A stretch of 64,000 nt of DNA. Origin: Candidatus Poribacteria bacterium. GTDB taxonomy: Bacteria; Poribacteria; WGA-4E; PCPOR2b. How positions within the stretch are numbered: position 1 is the first letter of the stretch; each line of letters starts with the position of its first letter. A model generated the notes under the pieces. It was not told where the DNA came from and did not search any database. It saw only the letters and a list, made by a program, of their open reading frames with translations. The stretch lies in the NCBI GenBank assembly GCA_965116925.1, contig OZ220744.1, forward strand, positions 6,240,001 through 6,304,000, written 5' to 3'. This document shows positions 10,184 to 20,132 of the stretch, one piece after another. The position numbers were made by a program, and so were the translations under genes.

Positions 10184-11353
10184 ATGGCAAATAAATATAC
10201 CGCGGCGATTATCGGCTGCGGATCTATCGGCAATGCCCACATGGACGGCTACAGTTTGAATGACAATGTGGAAGTGGTCGCAGTCGCCGATCCACTATTG
10301 GTCGCCCGTGAAGAATATATGGAGAAGTACAACATTCCGCAGGGCTACGCCACCGTTGAAGAGATGCTGGAGAAAGCGAAGCCGGATATCGTCAGCGTAT
10401 GCACATGGCATCCGCTGCATCCAGCACCGACCATCGCGGCGGCGCAAGCGGGGGTCAAAGCTGTCATCTGCGAAAAACCGATGGCGACCAGTTTAGGTGC
10501 AGCGAACAGCATGGTCGATGCCTGCGAAGCGAGCGGCACGAAGCTGATAATCAGCCATCAGCGACGCTTTACGCCCGGTTGGGAGAAAGCGCGTGAGTTG
10601 ATTCAGGAGAAAGCAATCGGCGATCCGGTCTTGGTAAACTGCAAAATCGTGCAGGGGTTACTCAATTGTGGTACACATGCGATCGACGGTTCGCGCTTCG
10701 TTTTGGGTGACCCGCAAGCACTCTGGGTGATGGGAGCGGTAGAGCGGGATACAGATCGCTATGAGAGGGATACGCCAATCGAAGATAGCTGCATGGCACT
10801 GGTACAGATGGAAGGTGGGCTGCAACTCTTTATACAGTCAGACCTGTGCATGGAGGGCGCAGCGGCGGGCGGTTTTCACATCCGAGGCACCGAGGGCATG
10901 TTGGATGTCAGCGAAGCCGGAGTCAGGTTGTTTAACGCCGAATCCAATGGTTGGGAACAGGTGCCCTTACGCGTGGCAGCAGACGAAATTCGACCCATCG
11001 GCGGGCAGACCAACGCCGCGCAGGTGCGTGAACTTATCGCTTGGATCGAAGGCGGTCCCGAACACCGGGGGGCCGGCAGAAAAGCGCGTGCGACTGTAGA
11101 GATTATGATGGCGCTCTATGAATCCGCCCGACAGCACCGGGTGATTCATCTTCCGCTGCAGGAGGAGGGCTATCCGTTGGAATTGATGGTGGATGAGGGC
11201 AAGCTGCCGGTAGAAAAACCGGGCAGATACGATATCCGTGGTTTTCTCAAACGCGATGCTATTGACGAAAAAGCCTATGCCGAGCTGAAAAGTCAGGGTA
11301 TGGGGCACCATCAAGTTATGAAAATACTACATGAGAAAGAGCAAAAGGAATAG
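10184..11353 (+). CDS. Gfo/Idh/MocA family oxidoreductase
   Basis: IIGCGSIG, CEKPMA and HQRRF motifs; likely true start is MANKY at 10184. Confidence 0.9.
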   Translation: MANKYTAAIIGCGSIGNAHMDGYSLNDNVEVVAVADPLLVAREEYMEKYNIPQGYATVEEMLEKAKPDIVSVCTWHPLHPAPTIAAAQAGVKAVICEKPMATSLGAANSMVDACEASGTKLIISHQRRFTPGWEKARELIQEKAIGDPVLVNCKIVQGLLNCGTHAIDGSRFVLGDPQALWVMGAVERDTDRYERDTPIEDSCMALVQMEGGLQLFIQSDLCMEGAAAGGFHIRGTEGMLDVSEAGVRLFNAESNGWEQVPLRVAADEIRPIGGQTNAAQVRELIAWIEGGPEHRGAGRKARATVEIMMALYESARQHRVIHLPLQEEGYPLELMVDEGKLPVEKPGRYDIRGFLKRDAIDEKAYAELKSQGMGHHQVMKILHEKEQKE

Positions 11354-11364
11354 GAGGATATGTA

Positions 11365-12372
11365 ATGAACCGTCCACCCCAAGAATCCAAACGTATTTCG
11401 GAAACTCAGCTGCGTGATTTTGCTGGAGCCTGTTTCAAAGCCGCAGGCTTACGCGGGGATCACGCAGAGCAACTCGCCCAACTGTTGACCAATGGCGATC
11501 TGCGGGGCGTGCACTCCCACGGTCTTCGGCAGGTTCCCGGTTATTGCGAGAGTTTGCGAGACGGATTGATTAACCCCAATCCCAACTGCCAAGTCCTCAA
11601 AGAAACACCCACTGCTGTCTTGGTTGATGGCGATGGTGGTTTAGGATATGCACCGATGATGATGGCAACGGAAAGTGCTATTGACAAAGCAAAGGCAAAC
11701 GGCGTGAGTGTTGGTGCAACCTGTCATATTGGACACTACGGCTCGGCGGGGCATTATGTCCGTCGGGCAATGGAAGAGGGGTGTACTGCCTTTTCTGTTC
11801 AGGGCGGTTCAAGTGAATTTGGTCCAGCAGACCCCAACAATCGACCGCCTGCCGCCTATTGGGGCAATCCTCCACTCTGCTTCGGCCTGCCCGGTGGGGA
11901 CGAACCGCCGCTTATCCCGGATATGGCAACCTGTATCCTCGCAGACTATCAGCGCGGTGAAGAGTTTGATGCCTTACAGGAAATGATTCCAGCCGCGTTC
12001 TTCAAGTCTATGGGCTATACCGGTGTCGCTAGGGGGCTCGGTGGACCCTTTGTTGGTACAGACAGCGCACGGGCAAAAGCGGTAAAAGAGAAATGGCCCC
12101 GTGGACAAGCCGGTGGCATGATTGTGATTATGGATATAGGACTGTTCGCTGATCCGGAAGAATTTCGGACGGGAGTCGATAACTTGGTACGTGGGGTACG
12201 AGAAACAATGGCACCGCTACGCGGTTATGATGAGGCGACGCTTCCCGGAACACCGGAGGCTCGGAGGGAACAGGAATATAGACGTGATGGTGCACCTATC
12301 AGCTTCGCAGATATCGAACGACTCAATCAAACCGCCGAGGAATTTGGCTTGCCACCGACAATGCGGCTGTAA
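11365..12372 (+). CDS. Type 2 malate/L-lactate dehydrogenase (Ldh_2) family oxidoreductase
   Basis: DLRGVHSHG, VDGDGGLG, HYGSAGHY and DMAT motifs. Confidence 0.88.
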   Translation: MNRPPQESKRISETQLRDFAGACFKAAGLRGDHAEQLAQLLTNGDLRGVHSHGLRQVPGYCESLRDGLINPNPNCQVLKETPTAVLVDGDGGLGYAPMMMATESAIDKAKANGVSVGATCHIGHYGSAGHYVRRAMEEGCTAFSVQGGSSEFGPADPNNRPPAAYWGNPPLCFGLPGGDEPPLIPDMATCILADYQRGEEFDALQEMIPAAFFKSMGYTGVARGLGGPFVGTDSARAKAVKEKWPRGQAGGMIVIMDIGLFADPEEFRTGVDNLVRGVRETMAPLRGYDEATLPGTPEARREQEYRRDGAPISFADIERLNQTAEEFGLPPTMRL

Positions 12373-12380
12373 CAAGAATA

Positions 12381-12408
12381 GTAGGGAACAACGATCGTTG
12401 TTCCCTAC
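12381..12408. repeat. GTAG-ended perfect palindrome (REP-like)
   Basis: GTAGGGAACAACGATCGTTGTTCCCTAC; a related palindrome lies at 59298-59325. Confidence 0.7.
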
Positions 12409-12523
12409 CCAAAATGTGCTTCATTAGCGGTTAATCCAATTGAGTATTTTTTTAACAGACAATCGTTGGATAGGAATCAATTTTTAATCGTCAACAGTCA
12501 ATGATGTGAGGAGGGTTAGAACC

Positions 12524-13045
12524 ATGTGGAAAAGCTTCAAAGTCAAAGTTGAACCGCTGACCCCCGAAGCCTTCGCGCCATTCGGGGAGGTCATTGAAAC
12601 GTTTGAGGAAGCCAAACCGGAGATAGCAAAAGGGGGACTCCGTTCCGCTGCATATCCCGTGACCGCGGATCTTGCTGAGGCAACTGCGGACGCCGAACTC
12701 GAAAAAACACCGCTCTCCGAAGGGCTGCAGCGGGCGCACTTCGCCTTTCACACCGACGCAGGTCAGGCGTTCTATCCGAGCTTGCACCGTCCAACAGTGT
12801 TTCTAGTCGGTCCTGTGAAGGACACCCTAGAGGCTGAAGATGTCCGCGCCTTCTATTCGGATGGGAGCACGGGGGTCTGTTTGGGACTCAAGGTGTGGCA
12901 TACCATGCCTATCTGCGTGGAGGGGGACGATGTCTACCAAACGGTTCGTGGAGATCAGGACTATCACGCCCACTCGGTCGAAGTCGATTTCGATCTCGAG
13001 CAGGGACTGGCTATCGAACCGGATATGGAAAACTATACCCCGTAG
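12524..13045 (+). CDS. Ureidoglycolate lyase-like cupin protein
   Basis: VEPLTPEAFAPFGEVIE, H..AGQAF, VRAF and VWH motifs. Confidence 0.75.
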   Translation: MWKSFKVKVEPLTPEAFAPFGEVIETFEEAKPEIAKGGLRSAAYPVTADLAEATADAELEKTPLSEGLQRAHFAFHTDAGQAFYPSLHRPTVFLVGPVKDTLEAEDVRAFYSDGSTGVCLGLKVWHTMPICVEGDDVYQTVRGDQDYHAHSVEVDFDLEQGLAIEPDMENYTP

Positions 13046-13059
13046 ATAGCGGAGGCGAT

Positions 13060-14298
13060 ATGGACAAAATCAGACTTGGGTTGGTCGGCTGCGGTGGGAT
13101 GGGGACGCGGCACCTCTACGGTTTGCGGGAGTTGGTGCAAAGTCCTTTCTCCAACGTCGAACTCTGTGCTGTGTGCGACATTCGCCGCGAGAATGCTGAG
13201 CTCGCCGCCTTAGAAGCGGAGAAACTGATGGGCGTCCGCCCAGAGATTTTCACCGGCTTGGAGGAGATGGTACGCGCTGTGCCTGACCTCACCGCCGTGG
13301 ACGTGGTAACAGATCCGTCGGTACACCATGACGTTGTATGCCAAGCATTAGACTTGGGACTCCATGTGATGGTGGAAAAGCCGATGGCTATCACGGTAAA
13401 GGCGTGCCGACAGATGATCGAAGCTGCAGAACGAAACAACCGTCATCTGTCGGTGGCAGAGAACTTTCGACGAGATCCCTCCGCTCGGCTAGTTCGCTAT
13501 CTGTTGGAGACTGGTGCAATTGGGACGCCTTATCTGGCGTTGTTCCATGCGCTGAGTCCGGGGAACGGAATCTTCATTACCCCTTGGCGCCATCTCAAGG
13601 AACGCGGTGGCGCCCTCCTCGACATGGCGGTTCACTTCACCCACATGATCCGGTATCAACTCGGCGATATAGCAGAGGTCTACGGAGATGTGCGGTTGAT
13701 CGAACCGGTGAGAAGAAAGCCCGACAGCATCGGTGATACCTACACCTTCTACCAGAATCGGCATCGGGCGATGGAGGCAGAAATTCCGGCGACCGCAGAG
13801 GACACGTCGCTGGCGATGTTCAGGATGGAGAATGGAGCGACTGTGAACTGGTTGGTCGGTCTTAGCGGGCACGGCGGTTGCGGCGGTGAGATTATCTTCG
13901 GTGATAAGGGGAGTATCAACGGCTTTGGAACACGCGGTGGCAAGATCAGCATTCAGCAGAGGGGGCAGGAAGGGATAAGCCAAGAGGAGATTCTCGCGTC
14001 CATAGATGAATTCACCTTAGAACCGTTGGCAAAACATCTCTTTCCATCAGGCGTTTCTGCTGGAGATCCCGCGGTGGATTGGAAACTCATCGCGCTTGAA
14101 TACTACGAGCTGGCAGAGTCAATTCTCAATGGACGGGAGATTGAGGTCGATGGAGTCTGCGGATTGAAGGATGTGGCAGCCCTCTACGGGATATTTGAAT
14201 CCTCCAGAGTTGGACGGGCGTTACGAATGAGCGAGGTGGAGAACTGCGAAGTTTACGGGTATCAAGCAGAAATTGATGAGGCACTCTCCCTGAGATAG
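13060..14298 (+). CDS. Gfo/Idh/MocA family oxidoreductase
   Basis: LVGCGGMG, VEKPMA and GGALLDMAVH motifs; ATG at 13060 follows GGAGG. Confidence 0.9.
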   Translation: MDKIRLGLVGCGGMGTRHLYGLRELVQSPFSNVELCAVCDIRRENAELAALEAEKLMGVRPEIFTGLEEMVRAVPDLTAVDVVTDPSVHHDVVCQALDLGLHVMVEKPMAITVKACRQMIEAAERNNRHLSVAENFRRDPSARLVRYLLETGAIGTPYLALFHALSPGNGIFITPWRHLKERGGALLDMAVHFTHMIRYQLGDIAEVYGDVRLIEPVRRKPDSIGDTYTFYQNRHRAMEAEIPATAEDTSLAMFRMENGATVNWLVGLSGHGGCGGEIIFGDKGSINGFGTRGGKISIQQRGQEGISQEEILASIDEFTLEPLAKHLFPSGVSAGDPAVDWKLIALEYYELAESILNGREIEVDGVCGLKDVAALYGIFESSRVGRALRMSEVENCEVYGYQAEIDEALSLR

Positions 14299-14334
14299 CG
14301 ATTGTGTCTGATCTTAACGGATATTTGACGCGAT

Positions 14335-15270
14335 ATGATTGAATATATTCTCGAAGCAACAGTTCGCTACGCAACGCCACTTTTGCTTGTTGCCCTCGGA
14401 GAAATTATCGCTGAACGCGCCGGGGTCATCAATATCGGACTGGAAGGCATGATGATTTTAGGAGCGTTTACCGGCTGGCTCGGTTCATTCTACATCCAAG
14501 GTATGAACCCTGGGCTGGCACCGTGGCTCGGTATCCTATGCGGTGGATTGAGCGGGGTGGTCTTGGCCAGTATCTTTGGGGGCTTAGTTCTGTGGCTAAA
14601 AACCGATCAGGTAGTGACGGGCACTGGCATTAACCTCTTGGCGTTCGGACTTGTTGAAGTGTTGTACCGCCGCATCTTTGGCGCAACTGGGGACGCACTG
14701 AAGGTCGCAATCTTCCAACCGCTTCATATTCCGCTGTTATCTAGCATCCCCTTTATCGGTCCTATCCTATTTCAGCAAAATCTCTTGGTCTACATAACAT
14801 TTCTCGCTGTTCCCGCTGTCTATTTTTATCTGTTTCACACCCATCACGGTCTCGCCATCCAAGCCTGCGGCGAACACCCCAAGGCAGCGGATACGGTGGG
14901 TGTCAGCGTGCTCTGGTTGCAAGCGAAGTGTGTTCTTTTCGGTGGGTTCATGGCGGGACTTGCCGGCGGGTATCTCTCGTTGGTGGACGTGCCGTTCTTC
15001 AGCACGGAGATGACTGCAGGGCGTGGCTTTATCGCACTCTCAATTGTCATCTTCGGGAAGTGGCATCCGGTCAAGGCGTGCGGTGCAGCGTTACTGTTTG
15101 GGCTTGCCAACGCGCTGCCCGACCGTTTACAGGCTATCGCAGATCTCGGATTTATCCCCTACCAATTCTTCTTGATGCTGCCGTATGTTTTGACGCTGCT
15201 TGTGTTGGCTGGATTTGTCGGACACGCTAGACCACCCGCTGCGCTCGCCCTACCTTATCGCCGGGAATGA
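14335..15270 (+). CDS. ABC transporter permease (nucleoside/sugar type)
   Basis: ERAGVINIGLEG, GEHPKAADTVGVSV and AGRGFIAL motifs; multiple transmembrane segments. Confidence 0.9.
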   Translation: MIEYILEATVRYATPLLLVALGEIIAERAGVINIGLEGMMILGAFTGWLGSFYIQGMNPGLAPWLGILCGGLSGVVLASIFGGLVLWLKTDQVVTGTGINLLAFGLVEVLYRRIFGATGDALKVAIFQPLHIPLLSSIPFIGPILFQQNLLVYITFLAVPAVYFYLFHTHHGLAIQACGEHPKAADTVGVSVLWLQAKCVLFGGFMAGLAGGYLSLVDVPFFSTEMTAGRGFIALSIVIFGKWHPVKACGAALLFGLANALPDRLQAIADLGFIPYQFFLMLPYVLTLLVLAGFVGHARPPAALALPYRRE

Positions 15271-15294
15271 TGCGATTGGTTCCGGGTAAGAAGG

Positions 15295-16071
15295 TCACCG
15301 TGTACGACGCTGTAATTCAGCTTCAAGTTGACGGATCCGTTCCTCCGCCGCGGCAAGGGCTTCCGCTTCCGCACGAGCATTTGTCATTTCCACATAATCG
15401 AGGATGGCTTCGCCGCTTTCATCATAGCAAACTAAATTTTCCCCATCCAAGCCGATCCAAAGATTGACAGGTTCAAGCCATAGCCAGCCATCCGCATTGG
15501 GGCTCAACTCTTCATAGCCATCCGGTGTCAGTCGGTATCCCACCAACGCTCGCACCATTACCCCCTGTCGCACGAAGCGATCTACGATGATGTAGTTTGG
15601 TACGCCGACCCGTGCATAGTGGTCAACCTTCGTGACAACATCAGTTGAACGGGTCGAAGGCGAGACGATTTCGATAATCAGGCTTGGCTTGGTTCCCTCC
15701 TCTGCCTCCGAAAAGGTACTCCAATTAATGCGCCGCCGGAGGTTGAAAATCACCGCAATGTCGGGCCCGTGTGCCCTGAAATCAGGGTGTGCCCACGCCA
15801 CACGGAGGTCGTGTAACACGATAGCGTCCGGCTGATCTGCGAGTCGGGCGGATAGCACGTTGTAGAGATAGTTACAAAATCGCTCATGCTCATCGGAGTG
15901 CATTCGGTAATCTCCCACCTGTGGGTGAAGGATGTCCTCAAGTGTCAGCGGCGTCCGTTCCAGGACCTCGGTCCCGTCTGGCAAAGTACGCATGACTTCA
16001 CGCCACCCGTAGGGATAGGGATCTTTCTTATCAAGGATTTCTCCATTGGTTGGAGTGGTTGCAATTTTCAT
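15295..16071 (-). CDS. Uma2 family (PD-(D/E)xK) endonuclease
   Basis: PDIAVI, IIEIVSPSTRSTD, K..HYARVGVPNY motifs and a C-terminal coiled tail. Confidence 0.88.
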   Translation of the reverse strand: MKIATTPTNGEILDKKDPYPYGWREVMRTLPDGTEVLERTPLTLEDILHPQVGDYRMHSDEHERFCNYLYNVLSARLADQPDAIVLHDLRVAWAHPDFRAHGPDIAVIFNLRRRINWSTFSEAEEGTKPSLIIEIVSPSTRSTDVVTKVDHYARVGVPNYIIVDRFVRQGVMVRALVGYRLTPDGYEELSPNADGWLWLEPVNLWIGLDGENLVCYDESGEAILDYVEMTNARAEAEALAAAEERIRQLEAELQRRTR

Positions 16072-16131
16072 GGTGATGTCCTTTTCTCAAAGGATAAGCC
16101 CGTATCTCAATCCTTTGGAGTCTGCGCTGAA

Positions 16132-17547
16132 TTAGTATATATCCGTTTTGACTGCACACGGTACGATGATCGAATCGACCATTCCGTGCAGCACTTTTTT
16201 GTCTTCAGGACAGACGGTCGCTTGAATCCCAGCGAGGCGCACCTTTTCACCCATGGTAAAATAGTAAGGACGAAGCAGTGCACGCCCCGGCATCCTTTGA
16301 ACTTCACCCTGCTCAAAATCGTAATAGGTCATGGTGAGACGTTCTGCTCTGTGAAATTTTTGCAGGATATGAGGGGTTTGGTGAAAACCTGTTAGAGCGT
16401 TCTCTACTGCGTCTTCCCAATCTTCGGTGGGAAGGTCATGCCCGATTGAAACCCCACGACTGCCCCATGCCAATTCAGAGAATCCCGATGGCTTAAGGAC
16501 AAGTTCCCGTTGACGTTGCGAGACAGGGATGATTTGCCGCCAGTCTGTGACAGGCAATCCATCGATCTCAAGATCTGGGATAACAGCGTGTGGTGGCAGT
16601 TCACGCGGATCGAGCAGCCATGTCTGTGGAATGACGCTCGGTAGGAATTGGTAGGTCTTCTTGCCAAGTTCTCGTTGCCAGAAGGGTTGGAGGGATGGGT
16701 GATGGAACAGGGCAAACATTAGTTTTTCCTCAAGGTATGTCTTGGGCGGTGGGGTCATGACTACTGTTCGCCTTTTGGCACCGTAGAGCATCAAATCCAC
16801 CTTGGGGATATTTTTCAGATCAAATAGCTCAAAGAAGCGGTAAAGGACGTCAATTTGGACCTTTCCCTCATCCGATTCAAGGAACAACGCATCTTCCGTA
16901 AAGATCACGTCGCGGGGTTTGACGGTATAGGCAGCCAAACCGACCTCTCGCAGTGCCGATTCTAACCACTTCATCTCGTCCCAATAATCCGCGGATTCAT
17001 CGGACACGACGATTGCTAGCGTGGGGTGTTCAACCTTTGCTAGCGACCTGACCATCTCTGCAAAAGCGAGTTGCATCCCATTGCTACCGCCAATGATGTC
17101 GTAGTCTAGTTTGGCATATTGTGCCGATAGGCTGCCCGTGAATCCCATACCGCCGGGGACAGAATCTAATTCAGTGATGGCGAAACCGTCGGGAGTCGGC
17201 AAGATGTCAGGACGAATCACTTGCGGCAGTTGACTCTTAAACCGATTCATCCGTCCGAGTTCTATCACAGACTCAGGTTTTCCCTGATCAAGGTATGCTG
17301 CGACCCAATCCGGCTGAATACCACGTACACTCTGCGAGTAGAGCAGATTACAGGCTTTGTAGAACCGCAAGAGATGTGGCCCAAGTTCCTCAAGCCAATC
17401 CAAGTGTTCTTGAAGAATCCAAAATGGCTCCGGCGAAATCCGCCACGTTACATTGCTATCGGGGTGAACGGCCTTCTGCTCACCGGTGAAGAGCCCCCCT
17501 TTGGGAATCTGACTGTTAATAAATAGACACTTTTCTTCAGTGTTCAA
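16132..17547 (-). CDS. ATP-grasp-like ligase (circularly permuted / glutathionylspermidine synthase-like), substrate unknown
   Basis: IRPD, ITELDSVPGG, VLYRFF, LVLKP...WGSRGVSIG and ILQKF motifs; TTG start. Confidence 0.6.
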   Translation of the reverse strand: MNTEEKCLFINSQIPKGGLFTGEQKAVHPDSNVTWRISPEPFWILQEHLDWLEELGPHLLRFYKACNLLYSQSVRGIQPDWVAAYLDQGKPESVIELGRMNRFKSQLPQVIRPDILPTPDGFAITELDSVPGGMGFTGSLSAQYAKLDYDIIGGSNGMQLAFAEMVRSLAKVEHPTLAIVVSDESADYWDEMKWLESALREVGLAAYTVKPRDVIFTEDALFLESDEGKVQIDVLYRFFELFDLKNIPKVDLMLYGAKRRTVVMTPPPKTYLEEKLMFALFHHPSLQPFWQRELGKKTYQFLPSVIPQTWLLDPRELPPHAVIPDLEIDGLPVTDWRQIIPVSQRQRELVLKPSGFSELAWGSRGVSIGHDLPTEDWEDAVENALTGFHQTPHILQKFHRAERLTMTYYDFEQGEVQRMPGRALLRPYYFTMGEKVRLAGIQATVCPEDKKVLHGMVDSIIVPCAVKTDIY

Positions 17548-17638
17548 CGAAAACTCCTTTATCAGGATTGTCGGATTATCTCAATTCTTTAATCTTTGAA
17601 TCCCAGTTAAATCTGTTTCATCAACGCTCCAAAATATA

Positions 17639-17709
17639 ACTATAACACTCAGAAAAAGGGTTGTCAAACGAAAATTACCTTGACATCTTATCGGTGGGTT
17701 TGTTAAAAT
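17639..17709. promoter_or_regulatory. Back-to-back sigma70-type promoters
   Basis: Plus strand: TTGACA (17680), 18 nt, TAAAAT (17704) with an extended TG. Minus strand: TTGACA (17667-17662), 17 nt, TATAGT (17644-17639). Confidence 0.6.
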
Positions 17710-17797
17710 TAAGCGTCTTTGCAAAAAAAAGATTTGCAGACATCTCTAGCAGTTGATGGAGTTAGGTATCAAATAAAATAGGTACTATAAGAGGCTA

Positions 17798-17923
17798 ATG
17801 AAGAATTTCTGCCCACATACCCACATTGCACATCAAACAACGCTGTACTTCCTTTATCTCTATCTCTTTTTGTTGTATTTGTGCTGCGATGGTGGGCGGG
17901 TAGACTTCGCATCGGAGATGTAG
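17798..17923 (+). CDS. Putative leader peptide (41 aa) with a Tyr/Phe/Leu-rich core
   Basis: MKNFCPHTHIAHQTTLYFLYLYLFLLYLCCDGGRVDFASEM*, lying directly upstream of a terminator and the DAHP synthase gene. Confidence 0.55.
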   Translation: MKNFCPHTHIAHQTTLYFLYLYLFLLYLCCDGGRVDFASEM

Positions 17924-17950
17924 AGATTATCCCACATTCAATTGTTCATT

Positions 17951-17994
17951 GATGCCCATTATCGAAAACAGGTTCGATGGTGGGCGTTTTTTTT
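17951..17994 (+). terminator. Attenuator-type intrinsic terminator in the DAHP synthase leader
   Basis: GATGCCCATTATCGAA/TTCGATGGTGGGCGTT stem (with GU pairs) and a T8 tract, just before the AGGAGG RBS. Confidence 0.75.
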
Positions 17995-18016
17995 GTCCAT
18001 AGGAGGCAGTAAAATA

Positions 18017-19081
18017 ATGCAGACCAACGGTACAATTGACAGAAATGTCAAAGACTATCAGACCTTGATGAGCCCAAGGCAGCTGCTGACGGATCTTCCA
18101 AGAACGGATGCGATGACGCAGACCGTCCAACATGGCAGAACAAGCATCAGAAACATCTTGGATGGCACCGATTCGCGAAAATTCGTTATTGTTGGACCTT
18201 GTTCCATTCACGATGCAGAGGTCGCCCACGATTATGCGGCAAGATTGAAAGAGGTTTCGGACGCCGTTTCGGATCGCGTAGTCGTTATAGTTAGATCCTA
18301 TTTTGAAAAACCCCGTACCAACTTAGGCTGGAAAGGCTTGATCTACGATCCACATCTAAACGGAGCCGGGGATATCAAGGATGGCTTATATATCTCAAGA
18401 AGAATATTGATGGATAATCTTGAAATAGGATTGCCGTGCGCCACTGAATATCTCGAAACCTTCACGCCTCAATATAATTCTGATCTGGTTTCATGGGCGG
18501 CTATCGGTGCGCGAACAACTGAATCACCGCAACATAGACAGCTCGCTTCGGGGCTCTCAATGCCGGTTGGCTTCAAAAACAGCACTCAGGGCGACATCTC
18601 CGTCGCGGTCAATGCGATTCTATCTGCAAACGGCGAACACTCTTTTCTGGGAATTGATGGATATGGTGCTCCCTCTGTTGTACGAACAACGGGCAATCCA
18701 TATACCCATATTGTGATACGGGGGAGCAATACGGGTGTAAATTATGATTCACAAAGCGTTCAGGATATCCAAGAGATGCTGACGGAAGAAGATCTGCCTC
18801 CAAATGTGGTGATAGATTGTAGTCACGGAAATTCAGAGAAAGATTACAGCAAGCAGCCCGCTGTTTTTGAGGAAATATTAAAACAGATTCGTGATGGAAA
18901 TGATGGGATTGTAGGGATTATGCTGGAATCAAATATTAACGCTGGGAGTCAGAAAATACCTTCTGACTTAACAGGGTTTGATCGATCCACGCTTGAATAC
19001 GGCGTTTCCGTCACCGATAGTTGTATTGATTTGGAGACGACCGCTTCACTGCTTAAGGCTGCACATAAAAGCCTAGCGTAG
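18017..19081 (+). CDS. Class I-alpha DAHP synthase (AroF/G/H type)
   Basis: GPCSIHD, YFEKPRT, AIGARTTES, GFKN, IDCSHGNS and YGVSVTDSC motifs. The isoenzyme cannot be assigned. Confidence 0.95.
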   Translation: MQTNGTIDRNVKDYQTLMSPRQLLTDLPRTDAMTQTVQHGRTSIRNILDGTDSRKFVIVGPCSIHDAEVAHDYAARLKEVSDAVSDRVVVIVRSYFEKPRTNLGWKGLIYDPHLNGAGDIKDGLYISRRILMDNLEIGLPCATEYLETFTPQYNSDLVSWAAIGARTTESPQHRQLASGLSMPVGFKNSTQGDISVAVNAILSANGEHSFLGIDGYGAPSVVRTTGNPYTHIVIRGSNTGVNYDSQSVQDIQEMLTEEDLPPNVVIDCSHGNSEKDYSKQPAVFEEILKQIRDGNDGIVGIMLESNINAGSQKIPSDLTGFDRSTLEYGVSVTDSCIDLETTASLLKAAHKSLA

Positions 19082-19146
19082 AGGCATCCCTTGTGGTGGT
19101 CCTATGGCTTAAAAAACCATTCGGAAGAGGTAAGGAGAAGCTCCCT

Positions 19147-19914
19147 ATGGCATGGTACGAAACCTTCTTTGATGAGAACTACCTCAAGGAGTATGAGAAA
19201 GGGCTTACGCCTGAGCGAGCCCAGAAAGAGGTAAACTTCATCAACAGTGCGCTGAATCTCCCGCCAGCTGCTCCTGATGCAACCGGGGGTGCGCGAATTC
19301 TGGATCTTTGTTGTGGGCACGGAAGGCACACGGTTGAGCTCGCAGCAGCAGGCTATTCAATGGTCGGGCAGGACCTTTCAGCCACCTTCCTCGATCTTGC
19401 GAAAGATGCCGCTGCAGCGCGCAATCTTCAGATTCAGTTCGTCCATGCGGATATGAGAAAGATTCCATTTGAAGATGAGTTTGATGCGATCATCAATATG
19501 TTCACGGCTTTCGGCTACTTCGACGACGATATGGAGGATCAGAAAGTCCTCAACGCCGTTGGGAGAGCGTTAAAGTCGAGGGGTAAGTTCCTCATAGATC
19601 TCCTCAACACCCCGCGGATTATCCGCGACTTTCGCGCTCAAAGTTGGGAAGAACTTTCAGATGGTACATTTGTCCTTACCCAACGGGATTATAATCTCCT
19701 GACAGGGAATAACGAAGAGCTTCGCGCCTACATTGCTCCTGACGGGAAGGTGCACAAAGTTCACTTGACTTGTCGGCTGTATTTCTATACTGAGTTGGCA
19801 AAGATGCTCAACCGTGCAGACCTGACGCCGATTCAAGTGTTCGGCGATTATGATGGCAGCGAGTACACATGGGATTCAAGGCGGATGATTGTTTTGGCTG
19901 AAAAAACAGTGTGA
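19147..19914 (+). CDS. Class I SAM-dependent methyltransferase
   Basis: ILDLCCGHGRH, DMR and FDAIINMFTAFGYF motifs. Confidence 0.9.
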   Translation: MAWYETFFDENYLKEYEKGLTPERAQKEVNFINSALNLPPAAPDATGGARILDLCCGHGRHTVELAAAGYSMVGQDLSATFLDLAKDAAAARNLQIQFVHADMRKIPFEDEFDAIINMFTAFGYFDDDMEDQKVLNAVGRALKSRGKFLIDLLNTPRIIRDFRAQSWEELSDGTFVLTQRDYNLLTGNNEELRAYIAPDGKVHKVHLTCRLYFYTELAKMLNRADLTPIQVFGDYDGSEYTWDSRRMIVLAEKTV

Positions 19915-20132
19915 AACATAAGGGCATCTAAAAGGAGTAGGTCAAAACATTAAAAGAAAATCCTCTATCACGTTTTACGTTTCACGCATCACGACACGCA
20001 TCACGAAAGGAGGTGATGAAGGTGGGGTTGACGGCTACCGAAGAACCGGATTTACGTGATACCGAAGACAATTTGACATCGTTAGAACAGCGGACGGAAC
20101 ATAGCATAATTACAAAAAAGGAGAATCACACA

